A stretch of 64,000 bases of DNA from NCBI GenBank assembly GCA_036262835.1, contig DATAID010000003.1, positions 34,328 through 98,327 on the forward strand, given 5' to 3'. The position numbers were made by a program, and so were the translations under genes. Each line of letters starts with the position of its first letter. Position 1 is the first letter of the stretch. Of this stretch, positions 51,008 to 61,162 are shown piece by piece. Under the pieces are notes generated by a model. That model made no database searches and had not been told where the DNA came from. It worked only from the letters and a program-made list of their open reading frames with translations. The DNA is from Burkholderiales bacterium (GTDB lineage Bacteria > Pseudomonadota > Gammaproteobacteria > Burkholderiales > SG8-39).

Positions 51008-51970
51008 CTAGTTGTCGATCTTGGCGCCGGCGTCCTTCACTACCTTCGCCCACTTGGTGATCTCGGCGTTGACGAGCTGGCCGAATTTTTCGGGTGTCTC
51101 GCCGCCCACGGTCGCGCCCTGGCTCTCCCACACCGCCTTGAGCTCGGGTGATTGCATGGCCTTGACCGTTTCCTGGTACATCCGGTCAATCGTTTCCTTG
51201 GGCGTCCCCTTGATGCCCCAAAGGGCGTACCAGGTGGTCACCTCATAGCCCGGCAACCCCGCTTCGCGCATCGTCGGCACGTTTGGCGCGGCGAACGAGT
51301 GCGTCGCCGTGGTCACCGCGAGCGGCTTGAGCTTGCCGCCCTTGATCTGCGGGGCGGAGGTGGCCATGCCGTCGAAGGCCATGTCGACTTGGCCCGCGAG
51401 CAGGTCCTGCATCATGGGCCCCGCGCCCTTGTAGGGAACGTGCGTGAGGTTGAGGCCCGTCATGGTCTTGAAGAGCTCGCCCGCGAGATGGTGCGTCGTG
51501 CCGTTGCCGGCCGAGCCGAAATTCAGCTTGCCCGGGTTGGCTTTCGCGTAAGCCATCAGGTCCTTGAGCGAATTGATGCTCGTGTGCTTGGGATGCACGA
51601 CCACGACGTTCGGCACGTAGGCGAGCACCGTGATCGGCACGAAGTCGCGCGTGAGCGAGTACGGCAGCCGCGTGTAGAGGCTCTCGGCGATCGTGTGGTG
51701 CACTGCGCCGAGGAAGAACGTGTAGCCGTCGCCCGGGCGCTTGGCGGCGCTCGCCGCGCCGACCGTGCCGCCGGCCCCGGCGAGGTTCTCGACGATGAAC
51801 TGCTGGCCGATGTTTTTGCTCAAGTACACCGAAAGCGGCCGTCCGAAAGCGTCGACGCCGCCCCCGGGCGCGAACGGGTTCACCATCGTCACGGGTTTCG
51901 CGGGCCAGGATTGCGCCTGCGCGGCCGAGGCAACGACAAGCGCAGCCACGGATAAAAGGATTTTCAGCAT
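51008..51970 (-). CDS. Bug/TctC-family solute-binding protein (A)
   Basis: Starts MLKILLSVAALVVASAAQAQSWPAKP (ATG 51970, GGGAGA RBS). Family core motifs present. The track ORF is over-extended. Confidence 0.9.
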   Translation of the reverse strand: MLKILLSVAALVVASAAQAQSWPAKPVTMVNPFAPGGGVDAFGRPLSVYLSKNIGQQFIVENLAGAGGTVGAASAAKRPGDGYTFFLGAVHHTIAESLYTRLPYSLTRDFVPITVLAYVPNVVVVHPKHTSINSLKDLMAYAKANPGKLNFGSAGNGTTHHLAGELFKTMTGLNLTHVPYKGAGPMMQDLLAGQVDMAFDGMATSAPQIKGGKLKPLAVTTATHSFAAPNVPTMREAGLPGYEVTTWYALWGIKGTPKETIDRMYQETVKAMQSPELKAVWESQGATVGGETPEKFGQLVNAEITKWAKVVKDAGAKIDN

Positions 51971-52016
51971 GTTCTCTCCCTTGATTTTTTGGCGGCGCAT
52001 GATAGCACCGCCCGAG

Positions 52017-52799
52017 CTAGCGCCCGTTGAACTCCGGCTTGCGTTTCGCAAGGAACGCAGCGACGCCCGCGCGGAAGTCCTCGGTGTCGAAACAGGCGTA
52101 GCCCTCGTCGTATTCCGCCTCGCTGAGCGGGCGCGGGTCGAGCAGCCGGCGCACGAATTTCTTGTGCCAGCGCGCGACCAGCGGCGCACCCTCGGCGATG
52201 CGCCGCGCGGTCGCATACGCCTCGGCCACCACGTCCGCGTCGGCGACCACGCGTGAGACGAGCCCTTTCTCGTACGCTTCCTTCGAATCCCAGATCCGGC
52301 CCTCGAGCAGAAGCTCGAGCGAGGCGGCCGGGCCGATCACGCGCATCATCGAGCGCAGCTCGTCGTAGGACTCCGTCAACCCGAGGTTCTTGACCGGCAC
52401 GCCGAAGCGCGCGGAGGCGTTCGCGATCCGCAGGTCGCATTGCGAGGCGATAAGGAGGCCCCCGCCGACGCAGGCGCCCTGAATCAGGGCCACAGTCGGG
52501 TGGCGGCATTCGGCGACCGCGCCCAGCTGGCCGATGCCGCCGCGGCTGTAGGCCCTGGCCTGCGCCGAATTCGCGCGCTCGGCGTGGAACTCGGCGATGT
52601 CGGCGCCCGCCGCAAACGCTTTGTCGCCCGCGCCGCGCAGCACGATGCAGCGCACCGAATCGTCGGCGGACAGCGATTGCATCGCCGCGCCAAGCTGCGC
52701 CCACATGTTCTTGTCGAGCGCGTTCAGCCGCCCGGGGCTGGAAAGCATGACGGTGCAGATCGCGCCGTCGCGCTCGAGGAGGACGGTGCCGCCGGCCAT
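52017..52799 (-). CDS. Enoyl-CoA hydratase/isomerase (crotonase) family protein
   Basis: LNALD..., VLRGAGDKAFAAGADI, GACVGGG; 260 aa. Confidence 0.88.
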   Translation of the reverse strand: MAGGTVLLERDGAICTVMLSSPGRLNALDKNMWAQLGAAMQSLSADDSVRCIVLRGAGDKAFAAGADIAEFHAERANSAQARAYSRGGIGQLGAVAECRHPTVALIQGACVGGGLLIASQCDLRIANASARFGVPVKNLGLTESYDELRSMMRVIGPAASLELLLEGRIWDSKEAYEKGLVSRVVADADVVAEAYATARRIAEGAPLVARWHKKFVRRLLDPRPLSEAEYDEGYACFDTEDFRAGVAAFLAKRKPEFNGR

Positions 52800-53770
52800 T
52801 ACTCGACCCTGACGCCCGTATCCTTGATGAGCTTCGCGTACTTCGTCACCTCGGCTTTCATGTAGCCCTCGAATTCGGCCGCGCTTTGCTCGCGCAGCTG
52901 CGTGCCCACCGACTCGAGGCGCTGGCGCACCTCGGGCACCTGCATCGCTTTATTGATGTCGGCGTTGAGCTTGGCGACGATTTCGCGCGACGTGCCGGCC
53001 GGCGCCATGACGCCGTACCAGTTGGAGACATCGAAGCCGACAATGCCCTCTTCCTGGAAGGTCGGCACGTCCGGAAGCTGCGGCAGGCGCTTCGGCGTCG
53101 AGATCGCCAGGCCGCGCAGCTTGCCGGCCTGAATGTGCGGCAGCACCGGCGGCATGGTGTCGAAGTTCATCGCCACGACGCCCGCGAGCAGGTCCTTGAT
53201 CGCATCGCCGCTCCCCTTGTAGGGCACATGCACGATGCTCGTGCCGGTGAGCTGCTTGAACATTTCGCCGGCGAGGTGCTGCGTGCTGCCGTTGCCCGAG
53301 GAGGCGTAGTTGAGCTGGCCCGGCTTGGCCCTGAGGATCGCAACCAGCTCCTTCACCGTTTTCACGCCGACCGACGGATGCACCGCAAGCACGTTCGGCA
53401 CGTAACCGACGTAGGCGACGGCGCTGAAGTCCTTGATCGCGTTGTAGGGAAGCTTGGCGAAGAGGTTCGGCGCGATCGCATGCGAATTGACGTGACCCAT
53501 GATCAGCGTGTAGCCGTCGGGGGCGCTCTTCGCGACCACATCGGCGCCGATCGTGCCGGTCGCGCCGGCGCGGTTTTCGACGGTGACCGCCTGCCCCCAC
53601 CACTCGGTGAGCTTTTGCGAGATCACGCGCGCGACGACGTCGGTGCCGCCACCCGGCGGAAAGCCCACGATCATGCGCACGGGCTTCGACGGATAGGCCT
53701 GTGCGAAGCAAGTGCCGGACAGAAGGGCGAGCGCGAGGGCGCACGCGCGGCGGTAGAAGCGAAGCGACAT
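52799..53770 (-). CDS. Bug/TctC-family solute-binding protein (B)
   Basis: Signal peptide then AYPSKPVRMIVGFPPGGGTDVVAR...ENRAGATGTIG...APDGYT. Confidence 0.9.
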   Translation of the reverse strand: MSLRFYRRACALALALLSGTCFAQAYPSKPVRMIVGFPPGGGTDVVARVISQKLTEWWGQAVTVENRAGATGTIGADVVAKSAPDGYTLIMGHVNSHAIAPNLFAKLPYNAIKDFSAVAYVGYVPNVLAVHPSVGVKTVKELVAILRAKPGQLNYASSGNGSTQHLAGEMFKQLTGTSIVHVPYKGSGDAIKDLLAGVVAMNFDTMPPVLPHIQAGKLRGLAISTPKRLPQLPDVPTFQEEGIVGFDVSNWYGVMAPAGTSREIVAKLNADINKAMQVPEVRQRLESVGTQLREQSAAEFEGYMKAEVTKYAKLIKDTGVRVE

Positions 53771-53794
53771 TCTTTTCTCCTGGGCGTTTTTTTG

Positions 53795-54580
53795 TTAGCT
53801 CAACACGTCCTGCGATTGTCGCAGGACCCGGCGCGCGTAGTAGCAGAACACGGCGTCCACGTACTTGGGCTTCAGGCGATAGTCGTGCGCCTCCTTGATG
53901 CACTCGGGCCGGACCGCCTTGATGGTGCCCGCCGCACGCGCCATGAGCTGCAGCTTGGCCGCGCGCTCTATGAAGATGCTGAGCATGGTGGCCTCCTCGA
54001 TCGTCTTGCAGGCGGCGAGCTGGCCGTGATGCGCGAGCAGGATCGAGCGCTTCTCGCCGAGCGCCTCGGAGATGAGGCGGCCTTCCTCGTCGCCGATCGG
54101 CACGCCCGGATACTCGGGAAGATAGGCGCAGTCCTCGTGGAACATCGAGGTATCCATGTGCGCCGCGACAAGCGGCTCGCCGATCATCGAGAGCGCGGAG
54201 CAGTGCGGCGGGTGCGTGTGGACGATCGCGTTCACCGCCGGGCGGTGCTCGTAGATCCACAGGTGGAAGCGGTTCGAGGGATTGGGCATGCCCTCGCCTT
54301 CCAGGATGTTGAGGTCGCCATCCACCCGCACGATATTGCTCGTGCGCGCCTCGTCGAAGCCCAGGCCGAAGCTGAGCATCCAGTACGTCCCGGGCTCGTC
54401 GGCGCGCGCCGTGATCTGCCCTGCGAGCGCGGATTCGTGCCCCTCGGCCTCGAGGATGCGGCAGGCGAGCGCCACTTTGGTGCGCAGGGGCCAAGCCGGC
54501 GTCAGCAGGTTGGCCTCCATGCGCTCGCTGGTCTGCTGGTGGTAGAAGCTCTTGTCGCGCGCGCGCTCTTCGATCTTCAT
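53795..54580 (-). CDS. Class II aldolase/adducin-family protein
   Basis: Starts MKIEERARD (ATG 54580, GGAGA RBS). HLWIYEHRPAVNAIVHTHPP metal-binding motif. Confidence 0.85.
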   Translation of the reverse strand: MKIEERARDKSFYHQQTSERMEANLLTPAWPLRTKVALACRILEAEGHESALAGQITARADEPGTYWMLSFGLGFDEARTSNIVRVDGDLNILEGEGMPNPSNRFHLWIYEHRPAVNAIVHTHPPHCSALSMIGEPLVAAHMDTSMFHEDCAYLPEYPGVPIGDEEGRLISEALGEKRSILLAHHGQLAACKTIEEATMLSIFIERAAKLQLMARAAGTIKAVRPECIKEAHDYRLKPKYVDAVFCYYARRVLRQSQDVLS

Positions 54581-54594
54581 GGCGTCTCCGGTTT

Positions 54595-55575
54595 TCAGTC
54601 GATCTTCGCGCCCGAGGCCTTGACGACCCTCGCCCACTTCGCGATCTCGGCGCGCACGAACTCCGCCGACTGCTCGGGGTTCAGCTCGCGCGTCTCGGCG
54701 CCCTGCAGCGCGAATTTCTGGCGGATCTCCGGATCGGCGATCGCCTTGGCGAGGTCCGCGTAGATGCGCGCGACGACCTCTTTCGGCGTGCCGGCCGGGG
54801 CGTAGAGGCCGTACCAGTTTTCCGACAGGATCCCCGGATAGCCCGCCTGCGCGAGCGTCGGCACTTCGGGCAGGATGGCGATGCGCGCGGGGCTCGCGAC
54901 CGCAAGCCCTCGCAGCTTGCCGCTCTTGATGTGCGGCGAGACCGTGAGCGAGGTTTCGAAGGCCATCGTCACCTGCCCGCCGACGAGCGCGGCCATCGCC
55001 GGCGCGCCGCCCTTGTAGGGCACGTGCACGATGTCGATGCCCGCCGCACCTTTGAACATTTCACCGGTGAGATGGAACACGGTGCCGTTTCCGGCCGAAG
55101 CCATCGTCAGCTTGCCGGGGGAGGTCTTGGCGAGCGCGACCAACTCCGCCACCGACCGGGCCGGCACCGAGGCCTCGACCGCCATCACGACCGGCAGCGA
55201 CGCCGCAATCGAGATCGGCACGAAATCCTTTTCGGTGTCGTAGCCAAGCTTCGGATAGATGCTCGGATTGATCGCGTGCGCGGCCGGCGCGAAAAGCAGG
55301 GTATAGCCGTCGCCCGCCGCCTTGGCGACGATCTCGGTGCCGATCGTTCCGCCCGCGCCGGGGCGGTTGTCGACGACCACCGGCTGGCCGAGGGAATCGG
55401 AGAGCCGTGTGGCGAGAATGCGCGAGAGAGCGTCGGTGCCCGCCCCCGGCGAGAAGGGCACCACGAGGCGAATGGACCGGCTCGGCCAGGATTGCGCAAG
55501 CGCATGGCCCGGCGCGAGCGCGCCAAGCGCGAGGAGAAGTCCGAGGGTTTTCAGCAGGGCGCGCATCGTGCTCAT
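54595..55575 (-). CDS. Bug/TctC-family solute-binding protein (C)
   Basis: MSTMRALLKTLGLLLALGALAPGHALAQSWPSRSIRLVVPFSPGAGTDA... ATGA overlap with the upstream aminotransferase stop. Confidence 0.9.
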   Translation of the reverse strand: MSTMRALLKTLGLLLALGALAPGHALAQSWPSRSIRLVVPFSPGAGTDALSRILATRLSDSLGQPVVVDNRPGAGGTIGTEIVAKAAGDGYTLLFAPAAHAINPSIYPKLGYDTEKDFVPISIAASLPVVMAVEASVPARSVAELVALAKTSPGKLTMASAGNGTVFHLTGEMFKGAAGIDIVHVPYKGGAPAMAALVGGQVTMAFETSLTVSPHIKSGKLRGLAVASPARIAILPEVPTLAQAGYPGILSENWYGLYAPAGTPKEVVARIYADLAKAIADPEIRQKFALQGAETRELNPEQSAEFVRAEIAKWARVVKASGAKID

Positions 55576-56768
55576 GCCGCCGCGCGGGCCGGCGATCGGC
55601 GGCATTCGGCGAGATAGTCCATCGCGGCCTGCACGCCGGCGCGCTTCACCGGCACGCCGGCGAGCTCCAGGCCCATCTCGCAGCCGGCGAGCGTTCCCAT
55701 GAGGGCGAGATCGTTGAAATCGCCGAGGTGGCCGATGCGGAAGACCTTGCCGGCGAGCCTGGTCAACCCGGTGCCGAGCGAAAGATCGAAATTTTCCAGA
55801 ATCACCTTGCGCGCTTTGTCGGCATCGTGCCCCGGCGGCATCATCACCGCGGTGAGCGAGGCCGAGTATTCGGCCGGATTTTTTGCGAGCACTTCGAGCC
55901 CCCAGGCGCGCACGGCGCGCCGCGTCGCTTCGGCGTGGCGCTGGTGCCGCGCGAAGACGTTGTCGAGCCCTTCTTCCTCGAGAAGCATTTTCAGCGCTTC
56001 GCGCAAGCCATAGAGCAGGTTCGTCGCGGGCGTGTACGGGAAATAGCCGTCCTTGTTGGCGGCGATCATGTCCGCCCAATCCCAGAAGCTGCGCGGCAGC
56101 TTCGCGCTCTTGCCGGCGGCAAGCGCCTTGGCGGACACCGCGTTGAACGAGAGCCCCGGCGGGAGCATCAAGCCCTTTTGCGAGCCGCCCACGGTGACGT
56201 CGACGCCCCACTCGTCGTGCCGGTAATCGATCGAGCCGAGCGAGGAGATCGTGTCGGCCATGAGAAGCGCGGGGTGCTTCGCTGCATCGATCGCGCGCCG
56301 GACTTCGCCCACCCGCGAAACGACGCCGGTCGAGGTTTCGTTGTGCACCACGCATACCGCCTTGATGCGATGCGCCTTGTCTTCGCGCAACTTGGCCTCG
56401 ATCGCCTGCGCGTCCGCGCCGGTGCGCCAATCGCCCGGAATGAACTCGGGCGCCAGGCCGAGGCGCAGCGCCATCTTCTGCCAGAGCGTCGCGAAATGGC
56501 CCGTCTCGTACATGAGGATCGCATCGCCGGGCGAAAGCGTATTGACGAGCGCTGCTTCCCACGCCCCGGTGCCGGAGGCGGGATAGATGACCACGGGGCT
56601 CGTCGTCTTGAACATGCGCTTCATGCCCGCGAGCACTTCCTTGCCGAGCACGGCGAACTCGGGGCCGCGGTGGTCCATGGTCGGGAAGTCAATCGCGCGC
56701 AGCACGCGATCCGGCACGTTGGTCGGACCCGGGATTTGCAGGAAATGGCGGCCGGCGTTGCGGGGCAT
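55572..56768 (-). CDS. Class V aminotransferase (serine-glyoxylate/serine-pyruvate/AGXT type)
   Basis: Starts MPRNAGRHFLQIPGPTNVPDRVL (ATG 56768, GGAGGAGG RBS). VVHNETSTGV, and a PLP-lysine region GGSQKGL. Confidence 0.88.
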   Translation of the reverse strand: MPRNAGRHFLQIPGPTNVPDRVLRAIDFPTMDHRGPEFAVLGKEVLAGMKRMFKTTSPVVIYPASGTGAWEAALVNTLSPGDAILMYETGHFATLWQKMALRLGLAPEFIPGDWRTGADAQAIEAKLREDKAHRIKAVCVVHNETSTGVVSRVGEVRRAIDAAKHPALLMADTISSLGSIDYRHDEWGVDVTVGGSQKGLMLPPGLSFNAVSAKALAAGKSAKLPRSFWDWADMIAANKDGYFPYTPATNLLYGLREALKMLLEEEGLDNVFARHQRHAEATRRAVRAWGLEVLAKNPAEYSASLTAVMMPPGHDADKARKVILENFDLSLGTGLTRLAGKVFRIGHLGDFNDLALMGTLAGCEMGLELAGVPVKRAGVQAAMDYLAECRRSPARAAA

Positions 56769-56843
56769 AACAACCTCCTCCTTTGTATGCAATCCTGGCG
56801 CCCGCCCGGACTTCTTGGTCACGGCTTGCACCCAGGCCAACTA

Positions 56844-56864
56844 TTTTGTATTCTGCATGCAAAA
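56844..56864. promoter_or_regulatory. Dyad TTTTGTAT-N5-ATGCAAAA overlapping the GntR start codon (candidate operator)
   Basis: 7/8 inverted repeat read from the sequence. A related TTGTATGCAA sits at 56783-56792 next to the divergent aminotransferase start. Confidence 0.3.
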
Positions 56865-57541
56865 TGGAACTGGCACAAGAGACAGGTCCCATCCTGCGGC
56901 GGCCGCTCCACGAGGAGGCGACCGACCGGCTGCGAGACCTGATCGTACAGGGGCGGCTGGCGCCCGGGGCACGTTTGAATGAGCGGTTGCTCACGGCCCA
57001 GTTGGGCGTCTCGCGCACGCCCTTGCGCGAGGCGTTCAAGGTGCTCGCCACCGAGGGACTCGTCGAGCTGCTGCCGAACCGCGGCGCGATCGTTTCGCCG
57101 ATCGACGCCGAGCGGCTGCGAGAGACGCTCGCGGTGATGGGCGTGCTCGAAGGGCTGGCCGGCGAGCTCGCCTGCCGCAACGCGACCGAGGCGCAATTGA
57201 ACGAGATCCGCGCGCTCCACTACGAGATGCTCGCCTGCCACGCGCGCGGCGATCTGGCCGGCTACTTCAAGTTCAACCAGGCGATTCACCTGAAGCTCGT
57301 CAAGTACTCGGGCAACGCGACGCTTTACAACGCCTACCGCCAGCTGAACGGCACCATCCGTCGCGCGCGCTACATGGCCAACCTCTCGCAGGAGCGCTGG
57401 GACGAAGCCGTGCGCGAGCACGAGGAGATCCTCGCTGTGCTCGGCGCGCGCGACGTGAAGCGAATCAAGGTCCTGCTGACCGACCATCTAACGCACAAGC
57501 TCGCCAGCGTCGTGGGCGAGCTGAAAGCCGAGGACCGTTGA
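56864..57541 (+). CDS. GntR-family (FadR/FCD subfamily) transcriptional regulator
   Basis: Starts MELAQETG (ATG 56864). LNERLLTAQLGVSRTPLREAFKVLATEGLVE wHTH plus an FCD-type helical C-terminus. Confidence 0.88.
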   Translation: MELAQETGPILRRPLHEEATDRLRDLIVQGRLAPGARLNERLLTAQLGVSRTPLREAFKVLATEGLVELLPNRGAIVSPIDAERLRETLAVMGVLEGLAGELACRNATEAQLNEIRALHYEMLACHARGDLAGYFKFNQAIHLKLVKYSGNATLYNAYRQLNGTIRRARYMANLSQERWDEAVREHEEILAVLGARDVKRIKVLLTDHLTHKLASVVGELKAEDR

Positions 57542-60378
57542 GCGCGGCGCCGGGCGATTCGGCCTTCGCGCAGCGGCTGCGCCGCGAGCTCGACGGCGAA
57601 GTCCTCTTCGATACCGCCTCGCGCGGCCGTTATTCCACCGACGCATCGATCTACCAGGTCGAGCCGATCGGCATTGTCGTGCCGCGCACGGCCGAGGCGG
57701 CGCGAGCGGCGCTCGCGATCGCGGCCGACTCCGGCGTTCCCGTGCTGCCGCGCGGCGCGGGCAGCTCGCAGTGCGGGCAGGCGGTCGGCGCGGCGCTCAT
57801 CCTCGATCACACGAAGTACCTGAACCGCGTGCTCGAGAAAAATCTCGAGGCGGGTAACGTCGTCGTCGAGCCGGGCGTCGTGCTCGACCAGTTGAACGCC
57901 GAGCTGCGGCCGCACGGCGTCTGGTACCCGGTCGACGTTTCGACCAGCGCGCAGGCCACGCTCGGCGGCATGGCCGGCAACAACTCCTGCGGCTCGCGCT
58001 CGATCGCCTACGGCAACATGGTGCACAACGTGCTCGCCATCGACGCCGTGACGGCCGAGGGCAAAAGATGGAGGTTCGGCCCGATGAGCGACGCTTCGGG
58101 GCCCGTCGAGTATCAGGATTTTATTTCCCGGTTGAAAATCCTTTATGAAAGGGAAAAAGAAGAAATAGCGGCGCGTTTTCCCAAAGTGCTGCGCAAGGTC
58201 GCGGGCTACAACCTCGACCATCTGGGGCCGCCGCACGCGAACGCGGCGCACCTGCTCGTCGGCTCGGAGGGCACGCTCGCGTGGTTCGAGCGGCTGCACC
58301 TGAAGCTCTCGCCGCTGCCGCCCGCGCGCGCTCTCGGCGTTTGCCACTTCGGCCGCTTCTACGACGCGATGGCGAAGACGCAGCACATCGTCAAGCTCGG
58401 GCCCTCTGCCGTGGAGCTCGTCGACCGGACGATGATCGGTCTCGCGCGCGAAAACGCGGCGTTCCGGAAGACGGTGGACGCCTTCATCAAGGGCGATCCG
58501 GACGCGATCCTCCTGGTCGAGTTTTCGGCGGACGAGGCTTCGCTCGTCAAGGCGAAGCTGAAAGAGCTCAGCCAATTGATGGGCGATCTGGGATTTCCCG
58601 GCAGCGTGGTTGAGATCACCGACGCCGGTCTGCAGAAGGCGGTCTGGGATGTGAGGAAGGCGGGCCTCAACATCATGATGTCGATGAAGGGGGACGGAAA
58701 GCCCGTCTCCTTCATCGAGGACTGCGCGGTCCCGCTCGAGCACCTTGCCGACTACACCGAGCGCCTGACGCGCGTGTTCGAGAAGCACGGCACGCGCGGC
58801 ACCTGGTACGCGCACGCCTCGGTCGGGACATTGCACGTGCGCCCGATCCTCGACATGCGGCGCGACGGTGCGAGGAAGATGCGCGCCATCGCCGAGGAAG
58901 CCTGCGCGATGGTGAAGGAGTACAAGGGCGCGTACTCAGGCGAGCACGGAGACGGCCTCGTGCGCTCCGAATGGATCGCGCCTTTCTTCGGCCCGCGGCT
59001 CACGGCGGCGCTCGGCGAGGTCAAGGCCTGGCTCGATCCGCGCGGCCTCATGAATCCCGGGAAGATCGTCGCGCCCTCGAAGATGGACGACGCATCGCTC
59101 TTTCGCTTCAAGCCGGGCTACTCGGCCAAGGTGCCGGCGACGGTGCTCAACTGGTCGGAGTGGGGCGGCTTCGACAAGGCCGTCGAGATGTGCAACAACA
59201 ACGGCCACTGCCGGAAATTCGACGCCGGCACCATGTGCCCGTCGTTCCGCGCCACTCGCGACGAGACGCACCTCACGCGGGGGCGCGCGAATACGCTGCG
59301 CCTTGCGCTCTCAGGCCAGCTGGGCGCGAATGCCGACGCGCAGGTGAAGGAAGCGCTCGACCTGTGCGTGTCCTGCAAGGGCTGCAAGCGCGAGTGCCCG
59401 ACCGGCGTGGACATGGCGCGCATGAAGATTGAGTTCCTCGCCGACTACCGCACGCGCCACGCACCGAGCCTGCGCGACAAGCTGATCGCCTACCTGCCGC
59501 GCTATGCGCGCTGGGCGCAGCGGGTGCCGGCGCTCGTCAATTTCGCCGCGGCGGTCGGGCGCCGGTTCATCGGCTTCACCGAGAAGCGCGCGCTTCCCGG
59601 CTGGCGCGCCGATGCGTTCGTCGATCGAGCCTGGCCGAAGACCGGCGAGCGCGAGGTCGTCCTCTTCGTCGATACCTTCAGCCGGTACTTCGAGCCCGAC
59701 AATGCGCGCGCCGCTATCCGCGTGCTCCAGGCCGCCGGCTATCGAGTGCATACGGCGATGCCGGTCATCGGGGATCAGCCCCTGTGCTGCGGGCGCACCT
59801 TTCTCGCCGCTGGAATGATCGAGGAAGCGAAGACCGAGGCGCGCCGCATGCTGGAGGCGCTCGGGCCTTGGGTGGGTCATGGGCTTCCCATCGTCGGCCT
59901 CGAGCCCTCGTGCCTTTTCACGCTCCGGGACGAATACACGGCCCTCTTTCCGGAGGCCGGGGTGCTGGCAAAAAACGCGTTTCTTTTCGAGGAGTTCCTG
60001 GCGCGCGAAGCGGACGCGGGCCTCCTGAAGCTCGAGCTGAAGCCGCTCGCGGCCGAAGCGCTGTTGCACGGTCATTGCCATCAGAAGGCGTTCGGCGCGA
60101 TGGGCGCCGTGGAGCGCGTCTTGCGCCTTGTGCCCGAGCTCAAGGTGAAGACGATCGAGTCCTCGTGCTGTGGGATGGCGGGCAGTTTCGGCTACGAGGC
60201 CGAGCACTATGAGGTCTCGATGAAGATGGCCGAAGCAGCCGTCCTGCCCGCCGTGCGCAAGGCAGCACCCGAAGCTCTCCTGGTCGCCGACGGCACGAGC
60301 TGCCGTCATCAGATCGCCCACGGCGCAGGGCGCGATGCACTGCATGTTGCGCGCGTGCTCGAGCGCGCCCTCGCCTAG
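57538..60378 (+). CDS. Fused FAD-binding (GlcD/D-lactate dehydrogenase-like) and 4Fe-4S/CCG-domain oxidoreductase (YdiJ-like 2-hydroxyacid dehydrogenase)
   Basis: 946 aa. FAD_binding_4 pattern (VVPRT...VLPRGAGSS), an Fe-S motif ([12 protein letters not shown]), and C-terminal cysteine-rich CCG repeats ([11 protein letters not shown]). TTG start overlaps the GntR stop. Confidence 0.85.
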   Translation: MSAAPGDSAFAQRLRRELDGEVLFDTASRGRYSTDASIYQVEPIGIVVPRTAEAARAALAIAADSGVPVLPRGAGSSQCGQAVGAALILDHTKYLNRVLEKNLEAGNVVVEPGVVLDQLNAELRPHGVWYPVDVSTSAQATLGGMAGNNSCGSRSIAYGNMVHNVLAIDAVTAEGKRWRFGPMSDASGPVEYQDFISRLKILYEREKEEIAARFPKVLRKVAGYNLDHLGPPHANAAHLLVGSEGTLAWFERLHLKLSPLPPARALGVCHFGRFYDAMAKTQHIVKLGPSAVELVDRTMIGLARENAAFRKTVDAFIKGDPDAILLVEFSADEASLVKAKLKELSQLMGDLGFPGSVVEITDAGLQKAVWDVRKAGLNIMMSMKGDGKPVSFIEDCAVPLEHLADYTERLTRVFEKHGTRGTWYAHASVGTLHVRPILDMRRDGARKMRAIAEEACAMVKEYKGAYSGEHGDGLVRSEWIAPFFGPRLTAALGEVKAWLDPRGLMNPGKIVAPSKMDDASLFRFKPGYSAKVPATVLNWSEWGGFDKAVEMCNNNGHCRKFDAGTMCPSFRATRDETHLTRGRANTLRLALSGQLGANADAQVKEALDLCVSCKGCKRECPTGVDMARMKIEFLADYRTRHAPSLRDKLIAYLPRYARWAQRVPALVNFAAAVGRRFIGFTEKRALPGWRADAFVDRAWPKTGEREVVLFVDTFSRYFEPDNARAAIRVLQAAGYRVHTAMPVIGDQPLCCGRTFLAAGMIEEAKTEARRMLEALGPWVGHGLPIVGLEPSCLFTLRDEYTALFPEAGVLAKNAFLFEEFLAREADAGLLKLELKPLAAEALLHGHCHQKAFGAMGAVERVLRLVPELKVKTIESSCCGMAGSFGYEAEHYEVSMKMAEAAVLPAVRKAAPEALLVADGTSCRHQIAHGAGRDALHVARVLERALA

Positions 60379-61151
60379 GTCTTCCGGCGGCTTAAGAAGA
60401 AAAGCGCGACGCCGGCGACGATCATCGGCAGGCTCAGCCACTGGCCCATCGTGAGGCCGAGCGCGAGAAAGCCGAGAAAGCTGTCGGGCTCGCGCGCGAG
60501 CTCGCATATCGATCTCGCCACACCATAGCCAATGAGAAAGAGCGCCGACACCTGCATGCGCGGTCGCTTGCGCGACGAGAACCACCAGAGCAGCGCGAAA
60601 AGCGCGATGCCTTCAAGCGCCATCTCATAGAGCTGGGAAGGATGGCGCGGCGCCGGCCCGCCGTCGCGAAAGACCATGCCCCAGGGCACGTCCGTGACGC
60701 GTCCCCACAGCTCGCCGTTGATGAAGTTGCCCAGGCGCCCGGTGCCGAGGCCGATCGGCACGAGCGGCGCGACATAGTCCATCAAGTCCCACCAGTTGGT
60801 GCGATTGCGCCAGGCGAAGAAGGCGGCTGCGCCCAGCACGCCCAGAAAGCCGCCGTGAAAGGACATCCCGCCCTGCCAGATCGCGAAGATCTCGAGCGGA
60901 TGGGCGAAGTAGTGGCCGGGCTTGTAGAAAATCACGTAGCCGAGGCGCCCGCCGAGGATCACGCCCACGACCAGGTAAAAGAGCAGGTCGTCGAGCTGCG
61001 CGCGCGTGATCGGCGCAAGGCCCTGCGCGATGCGGCGCGCCCCCAGCCACCAGGCGCCCAGAAAGCCGACGAGGTACATGAGCCCGTACCAGCGCACGGC
61101 GAAGGGTCCCACCTGAAAGACGACCGGATCGATGTTGGGGTGGACGAGCAT
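60375..61151 (-). CDS. lgt: Prolipoprotein diacylglyceryl transferase
   Basis: [14 protein letters not shown]..., [29 protein letters not shown]. Confidence 0.93.
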   Translation of the reverse strand: MLVHPNIDPVVFQVGPFAVRWYGLMYLVGFLGAWWLGARRIAQGLAPITRAQLDDLLFYLVVGVILGGRLGYVIFYKPGHYFAHPLEIFAIWQGGMSFHGGFLGVLGAAAFFAWRNRTNWWDLMDYVAPLVPIGLGTGRLGNFINGELWGRVTDVPWGMVFRDGGPAPRHPSQLYEMALEGIALFALLWWFSSRKRPRMQVSALFLIGYGVARSICELAREPDSFLGFLALGLTMGQWLSLPMIVAGVALFFLSRRKT

Positions 61152-61162
61152 CGGCCCGGAGA

